Assembly: GCA_040182905.1 (NCBI GenBank)
Contig: JARQWU010000026.1
Coordinates: 48,924 to 68,923, forward strand
DNA length: 20,000 nt
Reading direction: 5' to 3'
DNA from: Barthelona sp. PAP020
Taxonomy: Eukaryota
The stretch's first letter is position 1; each line of letters begins with the position of its first letter. Of this stretch, positions 1-9,892 are shown piece after piece. The position numbers were made by a program, and so were the translations under genes. Below the pieces are notes generated by a model. It was not told the origin of the DNA. It worked only from the letters and a program-made list of their open reading frames with translations, and did no database searches.

Positions 1-3000
1 ACAAGTAATAGGGTTGAAATTTCCTATCTCCCACCCGTTATCACAACCATTGATTGTGGAGAATTGAGCATCTATAACATTGCAACACATTGCTTCGTTA
101 CTGGATATAACTTTGGTCCGGAAGGAATTCTTTCTTTTTCCTTTTTAAGTGACCACGCTGAAACTAAATTCACTTTGATCTCTCTTTGCAATACACATTA
201 TGAAATAGAATCTACGTTTGACCTCATTCATTTTGGAGGTATTTTTGTAATTGAAGTTGGTGGTGTTTCAACATACAAGACAGTTCTTCCCAAGCAACCC
301 CAAGTTTTAAGTCAAACAGTAACAAACACAAAAACTCAGTCTTCTGTGATTGTGAGTTTTATCGATTTATTTTTGGTTGCTGATGATGTCGTGATAGTTA
401 TAGATGGTAATTGCTGTGGAAATATGGTCATCACAAAAAGCAAATATGTTACACAAAGTGTCAAATTTGATGATATTGACTGTTTAAGTGATGTTTTTGT
501 TACATTTAAAACTGATTTCTCATCAACGATTCAAATTACTTTCAAACTTGAAATTCTATGGGAAGATACAACTATCAAATATATTGGAAATACTGTGACA
601 AATATTCCACTATTTACATTTGCTTTTTGCTTTATTGAATCAAGTTATTTGTCAATTGGAAGCTCAAAAACAGTTATTCAAACTTGGAACGAATTTGGAT
701 GTGTTGTTAACATGCCTGTTTTGAGTGGAGAACATCCTTTAGCTTTTTATTTTGATGAAAAACTTCTGAGCACTTCTCCATACACAATTGAATATTATCC
801 ACCAAATATTCAAACTTTAGACCCTGATTTTGTTGGTTGTTTGATTGAATCTAATGTTTCTTTTATCGGTGTTTATTTCGGTCCTTCTGGTCAAGTTGCA
901 GAGCTGTTGTTGTTTGATACAGATACGTCTACACTTGTAACCACGTATACAGGTGTTGTTATTCGATATGATATTGTAAGAATTGAAATGAAGGGTCTTG
1001 AAATTGACTGGTGCAGTAATAATTTAGTTTTTGACTCATTTTTAAAGATAAATAATGTTCAATCAGAGTATTCTACCAAAATTTCTTTCATTAATGGAGT
1101 TGTTTATTCTCCAAATTCTGTGAAAGAGAACCAACAGTTTGATTTAACTGTATATTTGGATGAAAGCGTAAGCAGCTTTGATTTTAACATATTTAATGAT
1201 ACTTATCACTTAACTATTGTTTGTTATTCTCAAAATGTTGGAACAATGTATTTGTGTGAAAATGTGAAGACATTGAGCAGTGGAGAGTATTCTACTTCAA
1301 TAATTGTTGATGAGATCAAATTTAGTTCTCGAAATTTCTTTGTTTATAATGTTAAACCTTGTAAAACTTTCATTGCAGTTGGAAATAGTATTTCTGATGT
1401 TCACGTTGATTGTTATTTTGGAAATGAACTGATCACTTCAAAAAGTGAAGAGAATGTTGTTATAACAATGATAGGAGAATCATACGTTTATGTAAATGTG
1501 ATTAAACCGCTAGTAATATCCCAAAGAAGTTACTGTTTTTTGATTGGTTCTGATTATGAATTTTGTAATTTTGAAGTTGTCAGTTTTGACTCTCTTTTGA
1601 TACAAAAATGGACCATCAAAGATAATATTACAAATATTGTTGTTCAAGTGTCTTTTAACCTCTTAGAAATAGATATGTCTCGAGGATACTTTGAGCTATC
1701 ATATGTTAATACTGCAAATGATGCAAGTGAAGAGTCTTTGTGTGTTGTATCCGGTCAAAATGACTTGTCATGTGAATTTAGTCCCAAAGAAAATGGTACG
1801 GCCAAACTCACCATCAATTCTTATTTTGAAATTCCCGAGGTGACAGTTATTCCCTCTTTTTATGTTGGTAATATATATGTTGTCTCATTTGAGTATATTT
1901 TGATTGATTTACCAGTAGTTGGGGAGGAAATAATGTTTAGTATTTTGGTTAATGGTGCAAACGATGCATATTCAGTGATTCCATCTCAAATTAGTGTTGA
2001 TATTATTGACATTGCAGATATAGCTGTTTCAATTGATTGTCCTTTGCTTGTTGATCGTTATGCATGTGTTTTTATTCCAGGAAATAATGAAACTGTAACC
2101 ATTGAATATGATGAAATTCTTTTAGGTGAATTAACTCCTTTCTATGCACCTGAAATACATGATTGTGATCCCTCATCATTTAGTAATTTATATTCTCCCA
2201 TTATTACATGTAAATGTGTCAGTTGTAATCATATTGTTGCGTTAGACACTGAAATTGAAGATATTCAGTTTAAAATTGAAGAAATATTTGATTATTCAAT
2301 AAAATTTGTCATTACACTAGATAAGAATGATGCTGTTGCAAATATTACAAGTATTACAGTCAGATTGACTTATGATGAGGGAAGAGTTGTGGAATCAAAA
2401 ACAACATTTACAAACAAATATTCATTCGTCAGTTTTTCAACACCTTCTGTTGTATTGGATAGTTCCACAGAATCAATAACATTGCATGGTGAATATTATT
2501 TTGAGAATGTTAAATCTGTCAAATGTTTGTATTTAGGGCAATTTATTTCAAATTCTTTGGCTTACAGCAATTCTAAGGTCATTTGTGCGCCTTTTGGGTA
2601 TATTTTTTCCGGTAATTTATTGATATCGCTCGTTGTTAATGATGAACTGTCTTATGTTGATTTTGATGTTTTTTCATCAGCAGATGCTCAAATATGCAAC
2701 ACTGATGAGTTTTCTAACAATATTCTAAGCTTCATGCAAAATGAAATTGACCCACACTTTTATCCTCATCTTACATTTACATCCAGTTATTCTGCTTTAG
2801 AATCTGTGGAAGATCGTTGTAATATTCAGTGTTTGGATTCTAGTTGTCGAGTTGACATTGAACCCTATTCCACTGTTTCTATTGATTTTACTCTTGAAAA
2901 TAAGTATGCCATTTTAGTTACCATGTCGTTGCTGAATCCTTGTTGCAATTTGCCTTCCAAGATAAGAATCGTTTCTTCCTATCAACGTCAAGAGTCCACT

Positions 3001-5460
3001 GTTCATGAACATTTGATTATCAATGATTTTACATCTTTGACCCCTATTGACATGTTTATGTCTGATGAAAAAGATATTGGCATATATGCCTTTTTACTTG
3101 ATGTTGAAACAGAGCCTTTTGATCAATTTTTCTTTGAAATTGAGTCCAATATTAACTTCGTTAATTTGACATCGGTTGTTTTCCATGGTTTAAGTGAAAA
3201 TGATGCCTTTTATTTCAAGTATTCCAAACCTTTGAACAGCATTATGACTGCAACGTCAGTTGTCGAAATCAATTTGGGAAATGTAGAAGTTTTCAATTAC
3301 GTTGGAAGATTGATCAGTTTTGAAGGTTATTTGTCACTTGTTATCAATGATATTTTTTCTTTTCAAACTTATTCTTTGAATGATGTTGTCTTTGAAGTTG
3401 AAGTTGTGGACAATTTTGGTTCTTTGACTCTACATACCGAAAATGATGTATCGATCGGTCTAAATGATGAAAATGGTTCCATCACTTCTTCTTTTATCAG
3501 TTCAAGCTTTAAGTTAATGAATGGTCCTGCATATACTGTGACAATAGACAATGATGTTGAAAATATTATTGTATTTTCTGACAACACTGCACAATTTAAA
3601 ACGAACATTACCAAATTTAACTGTTTAGGTGATGAAACTCACATTATATCTGATGTTACTATTTTAGTTGATGTTGTTCCAACCTACATTTCCTCTTTTT
3701 TCACTGAATTAGTGGTCAATTTGGCAAATGTGAGCAGTTTGGATGTTTCGCCATTGATATCGATTGACAATGCTATTTTATTGGTGCCAATCAATGTTCA
3801 ATGTCAAATACCCTCAAAATTAAGTGTGTCATTTGATTCTCAGATGAATTTTCAGAGTGTTTTGGATTTGGAGGTGTTGTTGTTGAATGATAATAACGAG
3901 GATGTGTTTGGTACGCATGAAGTATTGCCAAAGATCGAAATTTTTGAAACAACAGGGTATTTCACTTTAAATGAAAGAAGCTTGGTTTTTGGGCGCAATG
4001 TTCTCAAAAGTATCGAATTCAATTTGCCTCCAGATTGTTTACTCACATTTGTTGTGAATATTTATCATCCTTTATTTACACTGCAAAAGGAATATGTTGT
4101 GAGTACAAATCCATGTAGTTTTCCAACAGTATATTCAAATTTAGAAAATAAGTGTGTTTGCACGCAAGGATATAGAACTGATTCTTTATCTGGAGAATGT
4201 GTCTCTTGTGGGTTGGGATATTATTCATCTAAAATTAACTCTGACTATTGTCTCACTTGTCCAAATGATATGACCACTTTAAAGTATAATGCCACATCAA
4301 TTGATGCTTGTTTATGCAAGAATAATTTTATATTTTCCAATGATTCAGGACTTTGTGAAAAATGTGATGCTGCTATTGTATGCAAAAATGGCTCAATTAT
4401 CGGTCCAATTGATGGCTATTGGATGGATATGAGTGTGTTTAAAACAACTTCAATGCAAAAAACAGATTTACTTCTTTCAAATGCAGGAACAAGCAATACA
4501 ATTTCCATTTTTAAATGTTTGACTAACGGATGTGCAACAAATGGTTGTGTTGAAGGTTACACTGGGGTTTTGTGTCATCAATGCTCTGAAGGATACATTC
4601 AAATGTTAGATTTCTCTTGTAAAGCAAGAAAATTTGAAATATCTGATTGTGCTATTTATGCGTTGTCTTTACTTGTGTTTATTGTTATCAATCTACGATT
4701 TGGTGAAGAATACAAAGAAAAATATGTATCTTACAACAAGTCACTGATTGTACACAATAATTTTTTTCCTGCATGTTATTTTGTTGTGCTGATGACTATA
4801 GCAACAACTAATTTTATTGATTATCCTTTGAAGATGCGTTATTTTGCTCTGAATCTTCCTGAGTTTTTCATTCATTTGAATGAGACATTCTCTATTCTTT
4901 TGGGTAGTTTTATAATTTTCGTAGTTTATTTATTCTTTTTTGTTTTCAAAAGAGGAAACAGTCAATTTGTTTATCTTACTTCATCTACACTCATACTCAA
5001 TCATATCTTCCAAATTGGAGTTTTCAATTATGTTTCTAATTCGGAAATTGTCTATTTGTATTTTCCAAACAGACAGTTCAATACCCCTTTAATTCTTTCC
5101 ATTCTGGTAGTATTTTTTGTTTTTATTCTTCTTTCTCAAATTCAAAATTTTACTAATGTTAAAATTGCCTTGATTCTTGGTTTGACCTGTATTATATCGA
5201 ATTTTTCTGTTTTTTTCAAAAATTATCTGTTTGTTGCCGTTGTTTCACAAATTTTTGTTACCACTTGTTCTTACATGTTTACTGGAAGACAAAGATGGGT
5301 CATAAGTTCGATAATCACAATCTCAACTGCTTGTGGGTTTGGTTTGACCTTATTTTTCATGTATCCTCAAATAATTAAAATGTTTATATTTTTGCCATTC
5401 TGTACAATGTTATATTCATTGTTTACCTTTTTTATGGCTCCTTCAAAATTAAGAGCCTGA
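1..5460 (+). CDS. Large multi-pass surface/membrane protein, 5'-truncated: beta-rich IPT/TIG-like repeats, Cys-rich (GCC2/GCC3, ephrin-receptor-like) region, ~9 C-terminal TM helices
   Basis: The frame is open from base 1 (TSNRVEISYLPPVITTIDC...), so the TTG at 64 is not the start. Repeated IPT-like starts: YLPPVITTID, YYPPNIQTLDP, FYAPEIHDCDPS. Cys-rich block ~4110-4620 (CVSCGLGYYSSKINSDYCLTCPNDMTT...SIDAC; CVEGYTGVLCHQCSEGY). About 9 hydrophobic segments at ~4650-5440. TGA stop. Confidence 0.85.
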   Translation, partial: TSNRVEISYLPPVITTIDCGELSIYNIATHCFVTGYNFGPEGILSFSFLSDHAETKFTLISLCNTHYEIESTFDLIHFGGIFVIEVGGVSTYKTVLPKQPQVLSQTVTNTKTQSSVIVSFIDLFLVADDVVIVIDGNCCGNMVITKSKYVTQSVKFDDIDCLSDVFVTFKTDFSSTIQITFKLEILWEDTTIKYIGNTVTNIPLFTFAFCFIESSYLSIGSSKTVIQTWNEFGCVVNMPVLSGEHPLAFYFDEKLLSTSPYTIEYYPPNIQTLDPDFVGCLIESNVSFIGVYFGPSGQVAELLLFDTDTSTLVTTYTGVVIRYDIVRIEMKGLEIDWCSNNLVFDSFLKINNVQSEYSTKISFINGVVYSPNSVKENQQFDLTVYLDESVSSFDFNIFNDTYHLTIVCYSQNVGTMYLCENVKTLSSGEYSTSIIVDEIKFSSRNFFVYNVKPCKTFIAVGNSISDVHVDCYFGNELITSKSEENVVITMIGESYVYVNVIKPLVISQRSYCFLIGSDYEFCNFEVVSFDSLLIQKWTIKDNITNIVVQVSFNLLEIDMSRGYFELSYVNTANDASEESLCVVSGQNDLSCEFSPKENGTAKLTINSYFEIPEVTVIPSFYVGNIYVVSFEYILIDLPVVGEEIMFSILVNGANDAYSVIPSQISVDIIDIADIAVSIDCPLLVDRYACVFIPGNNETVTIEYDEILLGELTPFYAPEIHDCDPSSFSNLYSPIITCKCVSCNHIVALDTEIEDIQFKIEEIFDYSIKFVITLDKNDAVANITSITVRLTYDEGRVVESKTTFTNKYSFVSFSTPSVVLDSSTESITLHGEYYFENVKSVKCLYLGQFISNSLAYSNSKVICAPFGYIFSGNLLISLVVNDELSYVDFDVFSSADAQICNTDEFSNNILSFMQNEIDPHFYPHLTFTSSYSALESVEDRCNIQCLDSSCRVDIEPYSTVSIDFTLENKYAILVTMSLLNPCCNLPSKIRIVSSYQRQESTVHEHLIINDFTSLTPIDMFMSDEKDIGIYAFLLDVETEPFDQFFFEIESNINFVNLTSVVFHGLSENDAFYFKYSKPLNSIMTATSVVEINLGNVEVFNYVGRLISFEGYLSLVINDIFSFQTYSLNDVVFEVEVVDNFGSLTLHTENDVSIGLNDENGSITSSFISSSFKLMNGPAYTVTIDNDVENIIVFSDNTAQFKTNITKFNCLGDETHIISDVTILVDVVPTYISSFFTELVVNLANVSSLDVSPLISIDNAILLVPINVQCQIPSKLSVSFDSQMNFQSVLDLEVLLLNDNNEDVFGTHEVLPKIEIFETTGYFTLNERSLVFGRNVLKSIEFNLPPDCLLTFVVNIYHPLFTLQKEYVVSTNPCSFPTVYSNLENKCVCTQGYRTDSLSGECVSCGLGYYSSKINSDYCLTCPNDMTTLKYNATSIDACLCKNNFIFSNDSGLCEKCDAAIVCKNGSIIGPIDGYWMDMSVFKTTSMQKTDLLLSNAGTSNTISIFKCLTNGCATNGCVEGYTGVLCHQCSEGYIQMLDFSCKARKFEISDCAIYALSLLVFIVINLRFGEEYKEKYVSYNKSLIVHNNFFPACYFVVLMTIATTNFIDYPLKMRYFALNLPEFFIHLNETFSILLGSFIIFVVYLFFFVFKRGNSQFVYLTSSTLILNHIFQIGVFNYVSNSEIVYLYFPNRQFNTPLILSILVVFFVFILLSQIQNFTNVKIALILGLTCIISNFSVFFKNYLFVAVVSQIFVTTCSYMFTGRQRWVISSIITISTACGFGLTLFFMYPQIIKMFIFLPFCTMLYSLFTFFMAPSKLRA

Positions 5461-5570
5461 TTTTAATGAAATGTTTTTTTTTTTTGTTGATTCTTGTTCT
5501 GTTATTTCTTATTCACTCATACCAACGCCATACAGCCCTTCTTCTTCAAGAAATAACAAGTAAAAACAAA

Positions 5571-5586
5571 CAAACATATCTTTATT
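5571..5586 (-). terminator. Putative polyadenylation signal
   Basis: The minus strand reads AATAAAGATATGTTTG about 30 nt after the coiled-coil gene stop. Confidence 0.45.
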
Positions 5587-5617
5587 TTTTTTTTTTTTTT
5601 TGGTTTATGATAAGACT

Positions 5618-8377
5618 TCAAATATTTTTATAATATGCATCAATCACTGAACGAAACAAAGGTCCTTTCTCAGGAGATGCTGGTAAAAATGGTCTAACTG
5701 GTCTGTCTAAAGCACGCAATGATTTAATCCAAGTTGCTTCTGCATGTGTTTCAACTTTTTTTAGATCAATTCCATGATCTGGTTTGGTCCAAATATTTGG
5801 TTTGACTTTTTTCGTTTTATTCAACTGATTTCTAACAGTTCTTCTCTTTTTTTTTAAAGATTTTCTTTTTGTTTTTGTTCCTTTATGAAAGCTGTCCACA
5901 TGATTTTGTTCATCCACTTCATCATCATTGTCATAAACATAATCTTCATCATCATCTTCATAATATTCCACCATATTGTTTTCTTCTTCTATTTCTTCAT
6001 CCATTTCATTTGGAACTATCTCATCATTTTCAACAAATACATGTTTCTGCAATCGGTAACAGGGTGGATCTTCATAAGTGTGTTCAAAATACCTGCAACT
6101 TTTACCAGCATTTGAATTGTATAATGGATCATTTTGTGGCAATAAACCGGGATGAAAAGAACATTCATTTGAGTTTGGATTGTCACAACGAGCACATGCA
6201 TCGAAATGTCTATTTCTTGATGGTTTATTACTTTCTATATTTTTTACTGAAGCTTTTACACTATTTAACAAATTATCGCATTCAGAAATGATTTTTTTTG
6301 TTTCAATTTCATTGTCTTTGATATTCCAATCAGTAGCAGTAGCATAAAAACCATAATGATCATCATCACTAAAGCTATCTGAAGCTTGATCATATTTATG
6401 CTGATTTGTAGCTGTTTTGAAAGATTCGCATTGACTCTTTTCATCTTGGCTTGTGCCATAATCAAAATTCACTGAATTATTATACATTTGCGTTGTTTGC
6501 GTTTTGCCACCATTGCTTTGAATATCTTCCTTCTCCTGGAATGATTCATTTACATTCAACCCCTTTGTTCCATCAAGATTAGGATCAACTTTTGTGTTGG
6601 TTTCCTTATCGGCTTCAAACAAATAAGCTATTGAAGTGCTATTTTCAATATTTGAAGAATCATTTTTGTTGGATGAAAAAATTTGCCCTTCATCAAAGAA
6701 ATTGTGCTGATGTTGCTGTGTATTATCAAGACTTTCAACATTTTCAATGTGCGTTTGATCATCGAAAACTTCATGTTTCACTTCACGTTTTGATTTACCA
6801 TGTAAAACATCCAAATTAACACCCATTGATTTTAAAAGACTTTCATACTGTTGAATTTTCTTGAGCATCTCAGTTTCAACACGTTGTTTGTCAAGATATA
6901 AAGAATCAATTTCTTTAGCAGCTTTAGAAGTTATCTCTTGTACAGATTGATCAAGAATATTTTGCAATTCTTTTGAATCAACTCGAGCTTGTTGCAATTC
7001 AATATCAAATTTATTCTTAAGTTCAATTATCTCTTGATGATGTTTGTTTTCAATTTTTTCACATGTTTTGAAATGATCATCATTTGTCAAGTCAATCTTT
7101 GAGCTTAATCTGGTGTTTTGTTCTTTTAATTTATCATTTTCTTTCTTCATTTCATGTATTATATCCTTATATTTCTCAACATCAACAGCAACAGAACCAT
7201 AAGTATTTTCTCTCTCTTGTTCAATCAAAAGATTTCGATCCTTTTTGAAAGCATCAAGTGTTTCCATGTGAGCTTCCTTTATTTGTTGAATTTGAATCTC
7301 ATAAAAATTGTGGATTTTTTCTTCTTGCTGTTTAGATGCTTTCAATTCATTTTGAAGTCTAGTTATTTCATTCTTAAGTTCAGTTACAATTGTATCATGA
7401 AGTTTTACAGTTTTTTCATGGTCAATTGCATTTTGTTCCTCAAAACTTTTCAAATTATTTTGTAAGATTTTTGTAATTTTTCCTTCTAAATCTGAATATT
7501 TGGCCTGTTCTTTGGTTAATTGGAATTTTAACTCATCAATAGTACGAGCAAAATCCTGTATTTCATGTTCATTGAATCCTTGGGTTTTTTCTGACTCAAT
7601 ATCATGTTTACTACTCATATTAAGGGTTTTAAATTTTGTTTTTAATTTGCTATCCTCATTTATTTTGGGGTTTTTTTCAAAAGTAGAAAATCTATAATCA
7701 GATGCATCAAAACTCACTGGTACCAAATGTTGATGACAATATGGACATGTTGTCATTGATTTTTTGCTTACTTCCTCAACATTATCAAATTGGGTGCCTT
7801 CTAACAACTCATATAACGAAGGAGATTCTTTTATTAATGGAATTTCTGGTATTTTAAATGATTCTATGTTAATATCAAGATATTCTTTGGAAGAACTTAT
7901 CCTTTGATGTAAAGTTGTTAGTTTCATTGATAATTGTTTAACAGAATCAAAATATTGTTCAATTTTGGTTCCAATATTTGCTAAATACTCATCAGAAATC
8001 TCACGTGCAAAATTATGCTCTTGTTCATAAAATTCAATCAACCTTTCATATTCTTTCTTCGCATTTAACATATTTTCAGCCAAAGAATTCCTTAAAAAAG
8101 ATAGTTCAAGCAATTTTTGTTGTCTATATAAATCTTGTTTGCTTTCAACATCAACGATTTCTTGCATGTTAATATTCATTCGATTTTTATTCACGTTTGT
8201 TATCGGTTTTAATTTAACCGATGGTTCTATAAACTTTGATTCGAGTGATTCTCTCATATCTTTATCATCATCAGAAATTTCAATTATGTTTGGCAAATTG
8301 ACTTTTTTTAACATATCCCTTCGTTTTGCCCAAAATTCATTTGAATTTGAGACTCCAATATCAGATTTCAACTTCAT
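5618..8377 (-). CDS. Long coiled-coil protein with C-terminal Cys/His (CHORD/Btk-like) motif, acidic tract and basic NLS-like tract; function unknown
   Basis: ~920 aa uninterrupted ORF. First ATG at 8377 (MKLKSDIG), preceded by a T-rich leader; the ORF-track start at 8425 is TTG. E/K/Q/L heptad-rich middle, CARC...CSFHPG...C...C...H near the C-terminus, and KTKRKSLKKKRR. Confidence 0.8.
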   Translation of the reverse strand: MKLKSDIGVSNSNEFWAKRRDMLKKVNLPNIIEISDDDKDMRESLESKFIEPSVKLKPITNVNKNRMNINMQEIVDVESKQDLYRQQKLLELSFLRNSLAENMLNAKKEYERLIEFYEQEHNFAREISDEYLANIGTKIEQYFDSVKQLSMKLTTLHQRISSSKEYLDINIESFKIPEIPLIKESPSLYELLEGTQFDNVEEVSKKSMTTCPYCHQHLVPVSFDASDYRFSTFEKNPKINEDSKLKTKFKTLNMSSKHDIESEKTQGFNEHEIQDFARTIDELKFQLTKEQAKYSDLEGKITKILQNNLKSFEEQNAIDHEKTVKLHDTIVTELKNEITRLQNELKASKQQEEKIHNFYEIQIQQIKEAHMETLDAFKKDRNLLIEQERENTYGSVAVDVEKYKDIIHEMKKENDKLKEQNTRLSSKIDLTNDDHFKTCEKIENKHHQEIIELKNKFDIELQQARVDSKELQNILDQSVQEITSKAAKEIDSLYLDKQRVETEMLKKIQQYESLLKSMGVNLDVLHGKSKREVKHEVFDDQTHIENVESLDNTQQHQHNFFDEGQIFSSNKNDSSNIENSTSIAYLFEADKETNTKVDPNLDGTKGLNVNESFQEKEDIQSNGGKTQTTQMYNNSVNFDYGTSQDEKSQCESFKTATNQHKYDQASDSFSDDDHYGFYATATDWNIKDNEIETKKIISECDNLLNSVKASVKNIESNKPSRNRHFDACARCDNPNSNECSFHPGLLPQNDPLYNSNAGKSCRYFEHTYEDPPCYRLQKHVFVENDEIVPNEMDEEIEEENNMVEYYEDDDEDYVYDNDDEVDEQNHVDSFHKGTKTKRKSLKKKRRTVRNQLNKTKKVKPNIWTKPDHGIDLKKVETHAEATWIKSLRALDRPVRPFLPASPEKGPLFRSVIDAYYKNI

Positions 8378-8780
8378 TAAAAAAAGAAAAAAAGACCTTT
8401 TCCGCCAAATCAATTCAAGTTTCAATTCATTTGGAGTGTTAACATATTTCTCAATTGTGAAGCTTTTATTGTAAAAAAGACAACTCCTTGAATATTATCA
8501 AAGTTGACTCAATTGTTTTCACTTCTTTATCGTTCCTTGATGAAAATCTTCAAAAACAATTAGAGCTTGGGTAAAATTCTGAAAAAAATTCAGGAACCTA
8601 CTGTGATGCTTTTCCTCAGAGAGGAAGATATTTTCTTATTAGCAAGTTTCCCATAATTTCCTTTAATAATTTGAAACATTGCACTATATATTGATCTTAA
8701 ATGAATTTACATGTATTAAATGATTTTTTCTCTCTTTTTTCAAAATTTGGCAAAAAAAGACAAAAACCTTCAAAAAAAAA

Positions 8781-8793
8781 AAAAACATTTATT
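8781..8793 (-). terminator. Putative polyadenylation signal (AATAAA + TGTTTT)
   Basis: The minus strand reads AATAAATGTTTTT about 22 nt after the flavodoxin-ferredoxin stop. The same arrangement occurs after other genes. Confidence 0.5.
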
Positions 8794-8815
8794 CAATAAT
8801 ACAAAACCTCTGATG

Positions 8816-9730
8816 TTATTCAGACACAATTTCTTTTGAATTTAGTTCTTCAAAATTTGAGGATAAATTTGAATCTTGATTGGTTTCAAATCTCTCGGAA
8901 GATTGGGTGAGAATTCTTTTGTTAAACAAATATTTTTCTTTTCCAAGGCTGTCTGAAAAATCTAAAGCACCTTTAGGACAAATGTGGCAACATCCATAAC
9001 ACTTTACACACAAATTTTGGTCATAGTCAAGTGTAATCACACCATCAACTTCTTCAACAGACTTAATAGCATTTACAGGACAATAGTTAACACAAGATTG
9101 ACACAATATACAAGATTCAGGATTAATCCTCAAATTTCTTCCGGATTTTAACATCCAAGGAAATACAATTGAACCAATAAATCCGGCAAATATGCTACTG
9201 TTAGAAACACCAACAGTTTCATGCTTTTCAATATTCTCCAAGCAATTGTTAACAAAACTTTCCAAGTGTTCAAAACTCTCCAAAGGCCATAAATGTTTTC
9301 TTTGACCAATAGGCTTACCGAATGGTGGATAATTGGGAGGTCCTTGAATATCAGTTGATCCAACACACAAACCTCCAAGTTTATTGATGAGTTTGGCGAT
9401 GTTTTTATTGGTTTTTCCATAAGCACCTGCATGAGTTGAGAAAACAAAATAAAATTTATTTGCAAACGTGTTTGAAGGAAGTGAATTCAAAAAATCAAGG
9501 AAAAACTGAGGGGGAGCAAAACTCCAAGTGGGTGAACCAATACCAAAACAATCATAATCTTTCCAACTTTCAAAATCTACTGAACATTTTTCGTCGAGAA
9601 TATTCTTGTTTTCAACTCTCCAATCAAACACATCTACTTGATGATTTTTTGTTTTTAATATTTCCCCAATTCTTCTTGACACTTCTTTGGTGTTTCCAGT
9701 TGTTGAGTAATAAATTAATAAGAATTTCAT
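8816..9730 (-). CDS. Flavodoxin-domain / di-cluster [4Fe-4S] ferredoxin fusion (EFR1-family-like)
   Basis: ATG at 9730. FMN-binding loop IYYSTTGNT and GIGSPTWSFAPP. Two CxxCxxCxxxCP motifs: CILCQSCVNYCP (9077-9112) and CVKCYGCCHICP (8975-9010). Confidence 0.92.
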   Translation of the reverse strand: MKFLLIYYSTTGNTKEVSRRIGEILKTKNHQVDVFDWRVENKNILDEKCSVDFESWKDYDCFGIGSPTWSFAPPQFFLDFLNSLPSNTFANKFYFVFSTHAGAYGKTNKNIAKLINKLGGLCVGSTDIQGPPNYPPFGKPIGQRKHLWPLESFEHLESFVNNCLENIEKHETVGVSNSSIFAGFIGSIVFPWMLKSGRNLRINPESCILCQSCVNYCPVNAIKSVEEVDGVITLDYDQNLCVKCYGCCHICPKGALDFSDSLGKEKYLFNKRILTQSSERFETNQDSNLSSNFEELNSKEIVSE

Positions 9731-9860
9731 GATCAATTATTAAAAAAAGAAAAATATTGTAAAATTCTTGCATTCTAAACATCAAACTAAAAGATGTAAA
9801 AAACGGAAAATTAACAATTTTCAGCTTGAAAAGTGAATAATTCAATTAATAAATAAATAA

Positions 9861-9873
9861 AAAACATATTTAT
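9861..9873 (-). terminator. Putative polyadenylation signal
   Basis: The minus strand reads ATAAATATGTTTT about 20 nt after the stop at 9893. Confidence 0.45.
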
Positions 9874-9892
9874 GAGGGAATCTTAACATTGA

